Shown here piece by piece: positions 14,189-27,691 of a stretch of DNA of 64,000 bases (its first letter is position 1; every line of letters starts with the position of its first letter). The stretch covers positions 58,590,001 to 58,654,000 of the forward strand of contig OX597833.1 of the NCBI GenBank assembly GCA_951406725.2, read 5' to 3'. The position numbers were made by a program, and so were the translations under genes. The notes under the pieces were generated by a model. The model made no database searches. It saw only the letters and a list, made by a program, of their open reading frames with translations, and had not been told where the DNA came from. This DNA comes from Octopus vulgaris (taxonomy: Eukaryota).

Positions 14189-14221
14189 TAATAATAAATT
14201 TTGTTTCTCTTTTCTCTTCAG

Positions 14222-14353
14222 GTGCGACTGGACACTTTTTAAAAGCTGTTCTTGCAATAAGCTCTATAATATTTTTATCACAGTCAATATTCCACATTGT
14301 ATTAGTTAGTATTGCTACACCAACTGAACCCTATGGCTCCATATTTGGTAACT
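14222..14353 (+). CDS. Piezo: Piezo channel internal exon (GATGHFLKAVLAISSIIFLSQSIFHIVLVSIATPTEPYGSIFGN)
   Basis: Acceptor ttctcttcag, donor gtaagt, phase 1-1. Peptide resembles the PIEZO1 segment GHTGRLLRALLGLSLLFLVAHL as recalled. Confidence 0.9.
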
Positions 14354-14847
14354 GTAAGTATTACTATTTTCCATAATTTTTCAAAAAAAAGAAGGCTTTG
14401 TAAATACTTGTTTAGAGGTTTATTATACAACTATTTATTCATTGCTGGAACCATTGAAATCCCTATTTATTTTCTTTATTATACAGCTAAATGTGAATAG
14501 AGGTATTTTATCTCTTTTTTCCTATACTGTGATCCTATACGTTTGATGTCACAGGTGAGATTGGGGAGGTCTCTAACCAGTCATGCTAGAAATAGCAGTG
14601 AACTTTCCTTAAAGAACGAAGGTCACTGGATAATGTTGTTAAAAACATACTATATGGAAAATAGCGAGATGGTCATGTTCATATCACAAGGCAGCTCAAC
14701 CAGGTCAGACCTTAGGCTAAACGATAATACCCTTTTATATGGGTCCTATTATTTGTAGTATGATGGCACATGGCCTAGTGGTTAGGATGTTGCGCTCCTG
14801 ATTGTGAGATCATCGTTTCAATTCCTGGACCAGGTAGTATGTTGTGT

Positions 14848-15098
14848 TCATCATCATCATCTTCATCGTTTAGCGTCCGCTTTCCATGCTAGCATGGGTT
14901 GGACGGTTCAACTGGGGCCTGGGAAGCCAGAGGCTGCACCAGGCCCAGTCTGATCTGGCAATGTTTCTATGGCTGGATGCCCTTCCTAACGCCAACCACT
15001 CCATGAGTGTAGTGGGTGCTTTTACATGCCACCGGCACAGGTGCCAGACGAGGCTGGCAAACGGCCACGATCGGATGGTGCTTTTTACGTGCCACCGT
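14848..15098 (-). mobile_element. Retroposon family C
   Basis: Matches 5425-5740. Confidence 0.8.
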
Positions 15099-15513
15099 AA
15101 AATATTTCAGCAAAATATTTCATTCCGTGTTGCTCACTTTGACATCTGATGCGTGCCACACCATACACCTGTACAGATATTGTCAAATTGATGGAAGGAG
15201 TGAGATAATGTACAACGCAAACATTCGGTCACTATAAACGAATCACCTGTGCAGGTTGTTCAACAAAAGGGCAAGGGCAAAGAACTCCTTCATTCATGAC
15301 TGACCATGAGATTGCACCTAGAAAGTTACCCTCCGAGGCACAAGTCCAGGCAAGGTTGCTTATGGAGGATCAGCAGTTGCCAATGCATACCAGCCCCCTC
15401 TTTCCATGCCACTGATGTTATCCAAGGGAAAGGCAAAGGGGCCGATACAGCTTGGCACCTTTAACGTTGCATCTCATTTCTACAGCTGAGTGAAACTGGA
15501 GCAACGTGAAGTA

Positions 15514-15730
15514 AAGTTAGTTAGTTAGTTAATTTTTTGGCTCAAAAAGCAAAAAGCAAGGCCATGTTGGGGGGCATGGAGTTATGTACAGGGTGGTGTT
15601 CATGTAAAGAGTTCAGGCCACTTGTGGTCAAGGGAGGCTTTGAACCGAGCAGTCGTCGGCATCTTCACCATCTCGTCTGGCAGCTTATTCCACGGATCCG
15701 CAACCCGGACGGAGAAAGCCCCTCTCCTTC
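15514..15730 (-). mobile_element. CR1-like LINE 3' end
   Basis: Reverse complement of 43705-43910; (TAAC)n tail. Confidence 0.75.
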
Positions 15731-16091
15731 GAGTCTTGCTCAAGAACACAACACACAGCCCGATCCAGGAATTGAACTCACTACCTCATGACTGTGATCT
15801 AATACTGAGCCATGCGTCTTCACCAAGTTGTTCAGTAAGGAGCTGCAAGACTATCATCAGGAGAGTCCACTGTAACTTGAAGCAAGTTTAACGGATAGAA
15901 TAAGGCCAATCGTACAAGGCCCAGTTTTGACGATGTTTACTTATAGTAGCACTTTGTACAAAGATTTTGTGTTTTGATTTTAATATCATTTAAAACTGAA
16001 AGACATGAATGTAAAAAAAAGGAAAATTTAAACAAGAATGTAAGTAAAAATAATGGCTAAAATTCATTTAATGTTAGAAATGTGCTTTGCA

Positions 16092-16130
16092 ACACACACA
16101 CACACACACAACACACACACACACAACACA

Positions 16131-16184
<54 letters not shown>

Positions 16185-16223
16185 CACACACACACCAACA
16201 CACACACACACACACACACACAC

Positions 16224-16297
<74 letters not shown>

Positions 16298-16298
16298 A

Positions 16299-16340
<42 letters not shown>
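16092..16340. repeat. (CA)n microsatellite
   Basis: Direct reading. Confidence 0.97.
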
Positions 16341-16341
<1 letters not shown>

Positions 16342-16842
16342 GACAGAGTGAGGGAGAGGTATTTATTAATGATGTTTTAATCAGTTTTAATGATTTAATC
16401 TGTTTCTGACGACATTTACTGTGACTGAAGCATCAGCAGCATCTCTGATCTTCACTCGTTAGACAGACCTCATTAGCGCTTGATAATTGCGGCCAGCATG
16501 TGTGACACCCTGTGGTTCTGCCCGGCAGTTGATAACAGGGCTTTTCTGCCCTCATTACGTCATATTAGAATTCCTGTCAATTGATCTTTAAGTCAGTCTA
16601 GCTTGCTTCATGCGTTGTCAAATACTGCACAACTTGTATCAGCTTAATTGCTTTTCAGCAATACTAATTAAAACTGCAGTTTGTTATCTTTTTCATTGCA
16701 TCACAGTTTGTTCTTTCAATCTAAAGACGGCTGCAGTGCTCGTTAACTAAAATATAATTAGAGTGAACGAAAACAAAGCTTGATGTTTATTCACTCGAGA
16801 ATGACTGTGTATATGTTAGAATACTTGTTTCTTCATAGCATA

Positions 16843-17067
16843 CTCTTTTACTCTTTTACTTGTTTCACTCATTTTGACTGTGGCCATGCTGGAGCAACGC
16901 CTTCAGTCGATCGAGTAAATCGACACCAGGACTTATTCTTTGTAAGCCTAGTACTTATTCTATTGGTCTCTTTTGCCGAACCGCTAAGTTACAGTGACGT
17001 AAACACACCAGCATCGGTTGTCAAGCGATGTTGGGGGGACAAATACACACACACAAACATATATACA

Positions 17068-17108
<41 letters not shown>

Positions 17109-17270
17109 GACGAGCTTCTTTCAGTTTCCATGTACCAAATCCACTCACAAGGCTTTGGTCGGCCTGAGGCTATAGTAGAAGGCACTTGCCCAAGGTGCCA
17201 CGCAGTGGGACTGAACCCAGAACCATGTGGTTGGTAAACAAGCTACTTACCACACAGCCACTCCTACACC
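16843..17270 (-). mobile_element. SINE family A
   Basis: Reverse complement of 3645-4055. Confidence 0.88.
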
Positions 17271-17575
17271 TATAATTACATAGTAACATATGAAGTCGAA
17301 AGAATAGTAATCTTTAGTATAAGGCAAGAGACTGCAAGCGGAGTCCTTCTGTGGGTGGAGAATAATTCAGTCCTTGCTGCCCCACTCAGGCAATGCATAC
17401 AGGCTTAGGAGCAAAATGCTCAAGACCCTGATAGGCCCTGATAGTTGCTAACATTGTGACTGATTCAGAAGAGCTTGAAACCCCACTGAATAACTCCTGC
17501 AGTTTCTGCATGGGGTCAAGTGGCTCCAATGTTTATTTCACTCAGTGGAAAATACAGACTCTGAAAAAATTGATG

Positions 17576-18630
17576 TTAACCCTTTCATTACCAACCTGGC
17601 TGAAACCAGCTCTGGCTCTGAGTCCAACACATGCAAGCATGGAGTAATGGCATTGACCCTTTCGATGCCAACCTGGCTGAAACTGGCTCTGGCTCTGAGT
17701 ACAAATGTCTTGTTTTCATAAATTTTGTGTTAAAAATCTTCCACCAGACCTTATTCACAATTTATGTTCCTAACACTAGCTGAATGATAATAACTAAGTT
17801 ATTTTACTAAATTCTTTGTTATATTTAAAGTAATTGAAAGAACATCTCAAAATAAATACAGTAATGAAAGGGTTAAAATATATAACAGACACACAATTCC
17901 TAACCCTTTTGATACCATCCCAGCTGAAACCACCTCTGGTTCTGTAGTACAAATGTCTTGTTTTCATAAGTTTTGAATTAAAATCTTCCACCAAACCTTA
18001 GTCACAATTTATGTTCCTAACACTAGCTGAATGATAACTAAGTTATTTTACTAACTTTGTTATATTCAAAATTAATTGAAAGAAACAGAGTATCTCAAAA
18101 TAAATACAGTAACGAAAGGGTTAAAATATATAATAGAGAAACAATTCTTAACCCTTTTAATACCAACCTGACTGAAACCACTTCTGGCTCTGAGTACAAA
18201 GGTCTTGCTTTCATAAATTTTGAATTCAAATCTTCCACCAAACCTTAGTCACAATTTATGTTCCTAACACTAGCTGAATGATAACTAAGTTATTTTACTA
18301 ACTTTGTTATATTCAAAATTAATTGAAAGAAACAGAGTATCTCAAAATAAATACAGTAACGAAAGGGTTAAAATATATAATAGAGAAACAATTCTTAACC
18401 CTTTTAATACCAACCTAGCTGAAACCACTTCTGGCTCTGTAGTACAAATGTCTTGTTTTCATAAGTTTTGAATTAAAATCTTCCACCAAACCTTAGCCAC
18501 AATTTATGTTCCTAACACTAGCTGAATGATAACTAAGTTATTTTACTAAATTCTTTGTTATATTTAAAGTAATGTTAGTTAGTTAGTTAGTTAACACAGA
18601 GCATCACAAAATACAGTAATGAAAGGGATA
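17576..18630 (+). mobile_element. Tandem array of about four piggyBac-like MITEs, period about 245 bp
   Basis: TTAA-CCCTTT...AAAGGG-TTAA termini; shared spacer aatatataatagagaaacaattc. Confidence 0.8.
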
Positions 18631-18840
18631 AAAATTATATGAAGTTCTTGAGTCTGGAGAGAAAACACTAACAATTTGGTCTGTTCTAAATAATTGGATT
18701 TTAATATACCTAAAAATAGCCGTGAATAATTCTAACGATGCAGAGATATAGTTGTATTTTCTCCAGATAATTACTCATAATTTTGTTTATAAACTTGTAT
18801 AACATAAATCATTTCATTCTTGATTGTTTTTCTCCTTTAG

Positions 18841-18883
18841 GTACAGAGAAAGAATCTCTCGTTAGACAGATTGGGTTTCAAAG
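18841..18883 (+). CDS. Piezo: Piezo 43-nt exon (CTEKESLVRQIGFQR)
   Basis: Acceptor ctcctttag, donor gtgagt, phase 1-2, in frame with both neighbours. Resembles PIEZO1 CSRWETLSRHIGVTR. Confidence 0.9.
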
Positions 18884-19164
18884 GTGAGTGTTTCAGCCTT
18901 TCCTTCTCTGAAGTCTTTTGTTACCGCCATGAAAAATGTTGGCAGTTTTGGGCGCTTTTTATAGCATCAGCACTGCTTTGGGGGTCGTCTTGTTATTTGC
19001 AAAGTGCAAGAGCGCAACCATGATGGATGCAACAGATTTATTGTGAGCGGATGGTAAAGGAGTGAGTAAAAGAGGGGACGGTGTTGGGGGCAGGAGTAAT
19101 GAAGACAGGAGAGGGCAAGGGGAAGAGTAATGTCAGGGATTAGTTGAAAGGGAGTAGAGACAAT

Positions 19165-20795
19165 TGGGTGGGTTAGATAGGTGGGCCCAGTGGTGGGGTG
19201 GGTTGAATAGGTGGACCCAGTGGTGGGGTGGGTTGAATAGGTGGACCCAGTGATGGGGGGGGGTTGAATAGGGGAGGAGTGATGGGGTGAGTTGAATAGG
19301 TGGGGCCAGTGATGGGGTGGGTTGAATAGGTGGACCCAGTGATGGGGTGGATTGAATAGGTGGACCCAGTGATGGGGTGGGTTGAATAGGTGGACCCAGT
19401 CGTGGGGTGGGTTGAATAGGTGGACCCAGTGATAGGGTGGGTTGAATAGGTGGACCCAGTGATGGGGTGGGTTGAATAGGTGGATCCAGAGATGGGGTGG
19501 GTTGAATAGGTGGACCCAGTGATGGGGTGAGTTGAATAAGTGGACCCAGAGATGGGGTGGATTGAATAGGTGGATCCAGAGATGGGGTGGGTTGAATAGG
19601 TGGACCCAGTGGTGGGGTGGGTTGAATAGGTGGACCCATTGATGGGGTGGGTTGAATAGATGGACCCAGTGGTGGGGTGGGTTGAATAGATGGACCCAGT
19701 GATGGAGTGGGTTGAATAGGTGGACCCAGTGATGGGTGGGTGGGTTGAATAGGGGGGGGGGCAGTGATGGGGTGGGTTGAATAGGTGGACCCAGTGATGG
19801 GGTGGGTTGAATAGGTGGACCCAGTGATGGGGTGGGTTGAATAGGTGGACCCAGTGATGGGGTGGGTTGAATAGGTGGACCCAGTGATGGGGTGGGTTGA
19901 ATAGGTGGACCCAGTGATGGGGTGGGTTGAATAGGTGGACCCAGAGATGGGGTGGGTTGAATAGGTGGACCCAGTGATGGGGTGGGTTGAATAGGTGGAC
20001 CCAGTGATGGGGTGGGTTGAATAGGTGGACCCAGTGATGGGGTGGGTTGAATAGGTGGACCCAGAGATGATATGGGTTGAATAGGTGGACCCAGTGATGG
20101 GATGGGTTGAATAGGTGGACCCAGTGATGGGGTGGGTTGAATAGGTGGACCCAGTGATGGGGTGGGTTGAATAGGTGGACCCAGTGATGGGGTGGGTTGA
20201 ATAGGTGGACCCAGTGATGGGGTGGGTTGAATAGGTGGACCCAGTGATGGGTGGGTTTGAATAGGTGGACCCAGTGATGGGGTGGGTTGAATAGGTGGAC
20301 CCAGAGATGGGGTGGGTTGAATAGGTGGACCCAGAGATGGGGTGGGTTGAATAGGTGGACCCAGTGATGGGGTGGGTTGAATAGGTGGACCCAGAGATGG
20401 GATGGGTTGAATAGGTGGACCCAGTGATGGGGTGGGTTGAATAGGTGGACCCAGTGATGGGGTGGGTTGAATAGGTGGACCCAGTGATGGGGTGGGTTGA
20501 ATGGGGGGCCCAGTGATGGGATGAGCCGAGTAGGTGGACCCAGTGATGGGGTGGGTTGAATAGGTAGACCCAGTGATGAGGTGGGTTGAATAGGTGGAGC
20601 CAGTGATGGGGTGGGTTGAATAGGTGGACCGAGTGATGGGGTGGGTTGAATAGGTGGACCGAGTGATGTGGTGGGTTCAATAGGTGGACCCAGTGATGGG
20701 GTGGGTTGAATAGGTGGACCCAGTGATGGGGTGGGTTGAATAGGTGGACCCAGTGATGGAGTGGGTTGAATGGGGGGGGCCCAGTGATGGGATGG
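19165..20795. repeat. 30-bp G-rich minisatellite (ggacccagtgatggggtgggttgaataggt), about 54 units
   Basis: Direct periodicity, highly homogeneous. Confidence 0.97.
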
Positions 20796-21934
20796 GTCAG
20801 GCTGACTGCCATGTCAGTATGGGATGGATAACTCCTTCTGGTTTCAAGACAGTTTTTTTTAGAAAGAAGCAGGGGCAGTCAAGGAAGGGTGGGCATAGTA
20901 ATAAGAGGAAAGTGAAATGTAACATCTGGAGATTGTTGAGAGAGAGTTAGAGATAAGATAAGATAGTGAGGAGGTTTAACTCTTTAGCACACAGATTATC
21001 TTATCAAATGTAAATGCTTATTTATTCCCATTGTTTACAATTAAGCATGTATTATCTTGTAGCTTCCAGATTTGGAATGTTGCAGTTGTTTACTTTTAGA
21101 ATGACATTGTGTCTGGCCCTCGTGCCCGTGGCACATAAAAGCACCCACTACACTCTCGGTGTGGTTGGCATTAGGAAGGGCATCCAGCTGTAGAAACTCT
21201 GCCAGATCAAGATTGGAGACTGGTGCAGCCACTGGCTCTCCAGACCTTAGTCAAATTGTACAACCTATGCCAGCATGGAAAGCGGATGTTAAACTATGAT
21301 GATGATGATGATGATTGTGGAGAAGGTGTAAGAGGCCAGATCTGGCTAATCTGAACTTAAAACAAGTAGAATATGCAGGCCAGATGTGGATAGTTTAAAT
21401 GCTAAAGGGCTAAGTAGTGCTACCCCCATCCCTGCTGTTTCCTGTGTTATGACTGGGTACAGTGGGTACATGGATGAAAGGTGAGTTGGAAGTGAGTAAT
21501 GGGAAGAGAAAGTAAAGGGAAAAATAGGATCAGGGATTAGTGAGTCATTAGATTGATAAAGGCCATTGGAATGATATAGGTAGTGAGGAGATGGCCACGA
21601 AGGGATTGAGTAGTGGGGGATGCAGTGTTATAGGATGGATGTGAAGAGTAGTGCAGAGGAAAGATAGATAAAATCATGACGAGCGGGGGAGTTTTTTGTC
21701 GTTAAGGTAACATATTCAAGAAAGCAAGCAAAATGACAGGTGAGTCAAGGTGGGTAGATTAACGTTGCCAGCAAGCAAAAGCCTCTTAAATTTAAGCAAG
21801 AAAAAGGATGAAAGACAATGTTGGCCCTTGGTAGGATTTGATACAAAGTGTAGAGAGCTGGAAGAAATAGTGAGAATGAAGCATTCTGTTTGATGCTCTG
21901 ATGATTCTGCCAGTTTGCAATCAATACTTTTTTA

Positions 21935-22149
21935 TTCTTTTACTTGTTTCAGTCATTTGACTGTGGCCATGCTGGAGCACCGCCGTTAGTCGAGCAAATC
22001 GACCCCAGGACTTATTTTTTGGAAGCCTAGTACTTATTCTATCGGTCTCTTTTTGCCGAACTGCTAAGTGACGGGGACGTAAACAAACCAGCATCGGTCG
22101 TCAAGCGATGTTGGGGGGACAAACACAGACACACAAACATACACACACA

Positions 22150-22198
<49 letters not shown>

Positions 22199-23015
22199 TT
22201 ACAGGGACGTAAACACAGCAACATTGGTTGTCAAGCGATGATGGGGGGACAAACACAGATACACAAACATATACATACATACATATATATATACACGACG
22301 GGCTTCTTTCAGTTTCCGTCTACCAAACCCACTCACAAGGCTTTGGTCGGCCCAAGGTTATAGTAGAAGACACTTGCCCAAGGTGCCACTCAGTGGGACT
22401 GAACCCAGAACCATGTGGTTGGTAAGCAAGCTACTTATCACACAGCCACTCCTATGTATCTTTCATTTTGTCTGTCTTCATGTTCATAGTTCAAATTCTG
22501 CTGAGGTCGACTTTGCCTTTCATCTTTTTGTACCAGTGAAAGAAAGAATAAAAAAATATTCATACATACATACACACACACATACACATACAAACACACA
22601 CAGACACACACACTCATATATGTATTCCTTTATTCTTTTATTTGATTGTCATTTGACTGCGGCCATGCTGAAGCACCGCCTTTAGTTGAACAAATCGACC
22701 CCAGGACTTATTCTTTGTAAGCCCAGTACTTATTCTCTCGGACTCTTTTGCTGAACTGCTAAGTTATGGGGACGTAAACACACCAGCATCGGTTGTCAAG
22801 CGATGGTAGGGGGACAAACATTGATACACAGACATATACATATATTGATAGGATGGGCTTCTTTCAGTTTCCTTCTACCAAATCCACTCACAAAGCTCTG
22901 GTCAGCTCAAGGCTATAGTAGAAGACACTTGCTTAAGGTGCCACGCAGTGGGACTGAACCCGGAACCATGTGGTTGGTAAGCAAGCTACCTACCACACAG
23001 CCACTCCTGCACCTA
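21935..23015 (-). mobile_element. Cluster of SINE family A copies
   Basis: Two near-complete copies plus an internal duplication, reverse orientation. Confidence 0.85.
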
Positions 23016-23209
23016 TATGTATATATATGTATAAAGTTTTTAGAAAGTTTTCTTGGTACAGTCACTGTTAAAAAATTTATGTAATTAAAAACAATTATAT
23101 AAAAAATCCTAACAAAGCAGGAAGACACAAATCTTTTGGATTGAAGTGTTTGTAATTATAAATACTTCTTTTCCAAGCAGTTTGTATGATTAATAATATT
23201 TCAAGTTAA

Positions 23210-23290
23210 CCACACACACACACACACACACGCACACACACACACGCACACACACGCACACACACACACGCACACACACACACACACACT

Positions 23291-23342
<52 letters not shown>

Positions 23343-23385
23343 AACACACACACACACACACACACACTCTCACACACACACACAT
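23210..23385. repeat. (CA)n microsatellite
   Basis: Direct reading. Confidence 0.95.
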
Positions 23386-23833
23386 ACATGCATGCATGCA
23401 TGTGTATATGTGTAAGTGGATGTTTGTATGTACATTTACATATATGGTCAAGCACTTATATATATATATATATATATATGTGTACACACACACACACAAT
23501 TTAACAGTATCATCATCATCATTTTAACATCCACTTTTCTGTGGGTTGGATAGAATATACTGAGGCAGTTTTTCTACAGTCAGACACCCTCCGTGTCGAA
23601 AACAGTGAAAAGCAATGTTACTTTCAGAGGGATTTTAATTAAGAGTACACTAAACTGCAACAGATATCACTATAGGCACAGGTGTAGCTGTGTGTTATGA
23701 AGTTGGCTTCCCAACCGCATGGTTCTGGGTTCAATCCCATTGCATGGCACCTTGGGCAAGTGTCTTGTAATATAGTCTTGGGCCAACCAAAGCCTTGTTA
23801 GTAGATTTGGTAGAAGGAAACTGAAGAAAGGCC

Positions 23834-24170
23834 ATCATCATCATCATCGTTTAATGTCCGCTTTCCATGCTAGTATGGGTTGCACGATTTGATTGAGGAC
23901 TGGTGAACCAGATGGCTGCTCCAGGCTCCAGTCTTGATCTGGCAGAGTTTCTACAGCTGGATGTTCTTCCTAATGCCAACCACTCCAAGAGTGTAGTGAG
24001 TGCTTTTACGTGCCACCGGCACAGAAGCCAGTCCAGCGGCACTAGCAACAACCTCGCTCAAATGCTTTTTCATGTGCCATCGGCACGGAAGCCAGTCAGC
24101 TGCTCTGGTAATGATCAAGCTCGGATGATGCTCTTAGCACTGCACTGTCCACTGGCATGGGTGCCAGTCA
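23834..24170 (-). mobile_element. Retroposon family C
   Basis: Matches 5425-5740. Confidence 0.75.
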
Positions 24171-24749
24171 TCGAATTTGATTTGATTTCGCTTTTACTTG
24201 CCTCAACAGGTCTTTGCAAACAGAGTTTAGTGTCCAATGAAGGAAAGGTATGCATCATGTGTGTGTGTGTGTATGTTGTGTATCTGAGTTTGTCCCCCAC
24301 AACATCGCTTGACAACCGATGCTGGTGTGTTTAGGTCCCCATAAATTAGCGGTTTGGCAAAAGAGACTGATAGAATAAGTACTAGGCTTGCAAAGAATAA
24401 GTCCTGGGGGTCGATTTGATTTGACTAAAGGCGGTGCTCCAGCATGGCCGCAATCAAATGACTGAAACAAGTAAAAGAAAAAAGAATATATATATATATA
24501 TATATATCTGTGTGTCTATATGCCTGTTCCGCACCACCTGTCAACTGGTGTTGGTCTATATACAACTCCCTAACTTAGCAATTCAGCCAAATAGACTGAT
24601 ACAATAAGTACCAGGCTTTAAAAAAATGAATAAAAAGTACTAAGATTCTTCAAGGCAGTGCCCCAACATGGCTACAGTCTAATGACTGAAGCTAGTAAAA
24701 GTAAAAAAAAGAAAGGATATATATATATACATATACATACATACATACA

Positions 24750-24802
<53 letters not shown>

Positions 24803-25564
24803 ACATACATGTACATATATATATATATATATATATGTATGTATACATACATGTACATATATATATATGTATATGTATATATATATGTATATATATATAT
24901 ATTTATTCCCCTTATCTTTGACTGTAGGTGAAGTTCCTGATTTAATGTTTGTGAAAAATCAATTTTTCTCCACATATCTCCAGAACTTTCTTAGTTTAGT
25001 GTGAATATAAATTCAATGGTCGAATAGAATGATTTAACTAAAAAAAAAAACAAAACCCTGTGGGAGATGATAAACTTTGTTATCATTCAGCCACTACTTT
25101 TAAAAAAACTGAAATAGTCCATGACGAATTTATTCATCGTTGAGTCTTTATAGATTACCAGATACGGCGGCCGACACTCAGGTTGTGAATTGTAACAGAT
25201 TTCTTTATAACAACTCTGCTCGCTCCATTCGCATCTATGTGGCAGGCTGGCTTGTGTTAGACTTACTCACTGTTTTGTTTAGTTTCAATGAAGCTAAAAC
25301 CGAATGTTGAGTCATCTGTGCTTTTTAAAAGAGAACTAGTCTTTTGTTAGTACTATTGCTATACACAGCAATTATTGATCAGTTATCGGAATATGGCTTG
25401 CAATCACAAAACAGAGCCATGTAATAGAACAACTTACCAAAGTCGTTTGCCACACATTGGTTTTTTAAAAAAAATTTTTTTTTTTTTAAACAAAAGTAAA
25501 TGGTGGTGCCCCAGCATGGCCACAGCTCGTGAGCTGAAACTAGATAAAATAATTAGATACTTAC

Positions 25565-25945
25565 TCTTTTTTTATTTGTTTAAGTCATTTGACTGCGGCT
25601 ATGCTGGAGCAAATCGACCCCGGGACTTATTCTTTGTAAGCCCAGTACTTATTCCATCGGTCTCTTTTGCCGAACCGCTAAGTGACGGGGACGTAAACAC
25701 ACCAGTATCGGTTGTCAAGCAATGCTAGGGGGGCAAACACAGACACACAAACACATACATACATATACATACATATATACGACTGGCTTCTTTCAGTTTC
25801 CGTCTATCAAATCCACTCACAAGGCATTGGTCGACCCGAGGATATAGTAGAAGACACTTGCCCAAGATGTCACGCAGTGGGACTGAACCTGGAACAAAGT
25901 GGTTGGTTAGTAAGCTACTTACCACACAGCCACTCCTGCACCTAT
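25565..25945 (-). mobile_element. SINE family A
   Basis: Reverse complement of 3645-4055. Confidence 0.85.
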
Positions 25946-26264
25946 AACTTATAAGCATATACTTGCTTATGAATTCTGCTAATATCATTGGTTAATATAA
26001 GTACAAACTCTGGCTGTTGTAATTTGTACTAATGTACAGGTACCTGTGTTTCATTTAGTTATTGAAGTAAACTTACTATTTGTTTAATCTAGAGTGTGTT
26101 GATCAAGGTAACCACTCTCAATTTAGACAAATCAGTAATTTGGAAAGTCTTAAAACGCAAAGGTTCCAGAAAATCAATGTTTTATTTGTATGTAATTAAT
26201 TGTTTTATTGATATTTTGATTAATTTTATTTATTTAATTATTCATCTATTTTTTTCACCTGTAG

Positions 26265-26696
26265 GTTGGATGATGTTCCTGCCAAACACATTGCAAGACT
26301 AATTGGCCCAGATCTTTTAGTGTTTCTTGTTTCAATTGCTGTTCTAGCAATTTGCAGCAAAATCCTTAAGGAAGGCCCAAAGGGATCCGATCTCACTGGT
26401 ATTGTTCATCCACAGAAACGTCGTGTTCATAAAATCCTACAGTTCAGCAAAATTACATTGTTAATTTTGCTCTTAGCAGCCTGTAGCATCATAGTACCAT
26501 CTCTCTTAAGTGCTTTCTACTTCCTCACTTTCCTTATTGCTGTTACCTTTTGGGCATTTGGTAATTCATTGGGACGAAGATTTTCAGGCTTCAAGTACAT
26601 ACTACTTGTTTATGCAAGCCTACATCTGATCCTTCTGTATCTTTACCAATTCCCATTTTTCCAAGAAATTCTCGAAGAAGATTCCTTAGCTGCACG
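26265..26696 (+). CDS. Piezo: Piezo exon (LDDVPAKHIARLIGPDLLVFLV...PSLLSAFYFLTFL...LYLYQFPFFQEILEEDSLAAR)
   Basis: ORF 26266-26700, acceptor cctgtag, donor cg|gtaagt, phase 2-2. Piezo motifs RLxxPD, PSxxSxxYF and LYLYQ. Confidence 0.95.
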
Positions 26697-26729
26697 GTAA
26701 GTACAGTCAAAATTTCTCAATGTATATTT

Positions 26730-27210
26730 TTAACCCTTTTGTCACTGTATTTATTTTGAGATGCTCTGTGTTTTTTTCAATTACTTTAAATATAACAAAG
26801 AATTTAGTAAAAGAACTTAGTTATAATTCAGCTAGTGTTAGGAACAGAAATTGTGACCAAGGTTTGGTGGAAGATTTTAATTCAAAACTTATGAAAACAA
26901 GATATTTGTACTACAGAGCCAGAGGCGGTTTTAGCTGGGTTGGTATTAAAAGGGTTAAGAATTGTTTCTCTATTATATATTTTAATCCATTTGTTACCGT
27001 ATTTATTTTGAGATGCTCTGTGCTTCTTTCAATTAACTTTAAATATAACGAAGAATTTAGTAAAATAATTTGGTTATCTTTCAGCTAGTGTTAGGAACAT
27101 AAATTGTGACTAAGGTTTGGTGGCAGATTTTAATTCAAAACTTATGAAAACAAAACATTTGTACTCAGAGCCAGAGCCGGTTTCAGCCGGGTTGGTAACG
27201 AAAGGGTGAA
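26730..27210 (-). mobile_element. Tandem pair of the same piggyBac-like MITE, inverted
   Basis: Reverse complement of the 17900-18371 units, including the spacer. Confidence 0.8.
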
Positions 27211-27691
27211 TTAAGACTGGTCAACTGTAATTATTCAAAACCTTGTCATTACTATATTTTGGTTGAAAAACTCTACCTTTGTTTTTGTTGATTTTGAAAA
27301 TAACAAAGAATTTAGCCAAAAAACTTCCTTATAATGAAGCTGGTGTTCAGAACATAAATTAGCATAAAACTTCGATGGAAAGTTTTTGATTTAGATTATT
27401 TTAAAACAGGGAGGTTGTATCAAAGAAGCATGAGGAATCCCTGGTGGGTTGGTATGTAAAGGGTTTCCCCACTTCCAGCAATATTGTGATTAACATCATC
27501 ATTGTCTTTATTCAAGGTGCCATGTAAAAAGCATTGGTGTGGCTGCTGGTGCCATGTAAAAAGCATGGGTGCTCCTTCCATGTAAAAGGCACTGGTGATG
27601 GTGCCACGTAAAATGCATCCAGTACACTTCTGTAAAGTGGTTGGTATTAGGAAGGGCAATCCAGCTGTAGCAACCTAGCCAAAACAGACTT

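Noticed and set aside
19133-20812. 559-aa ORF on the minus strand
   Set aside because: Translation of a stop-free 30-bp minisatellite; the frame drifts between unit readings.
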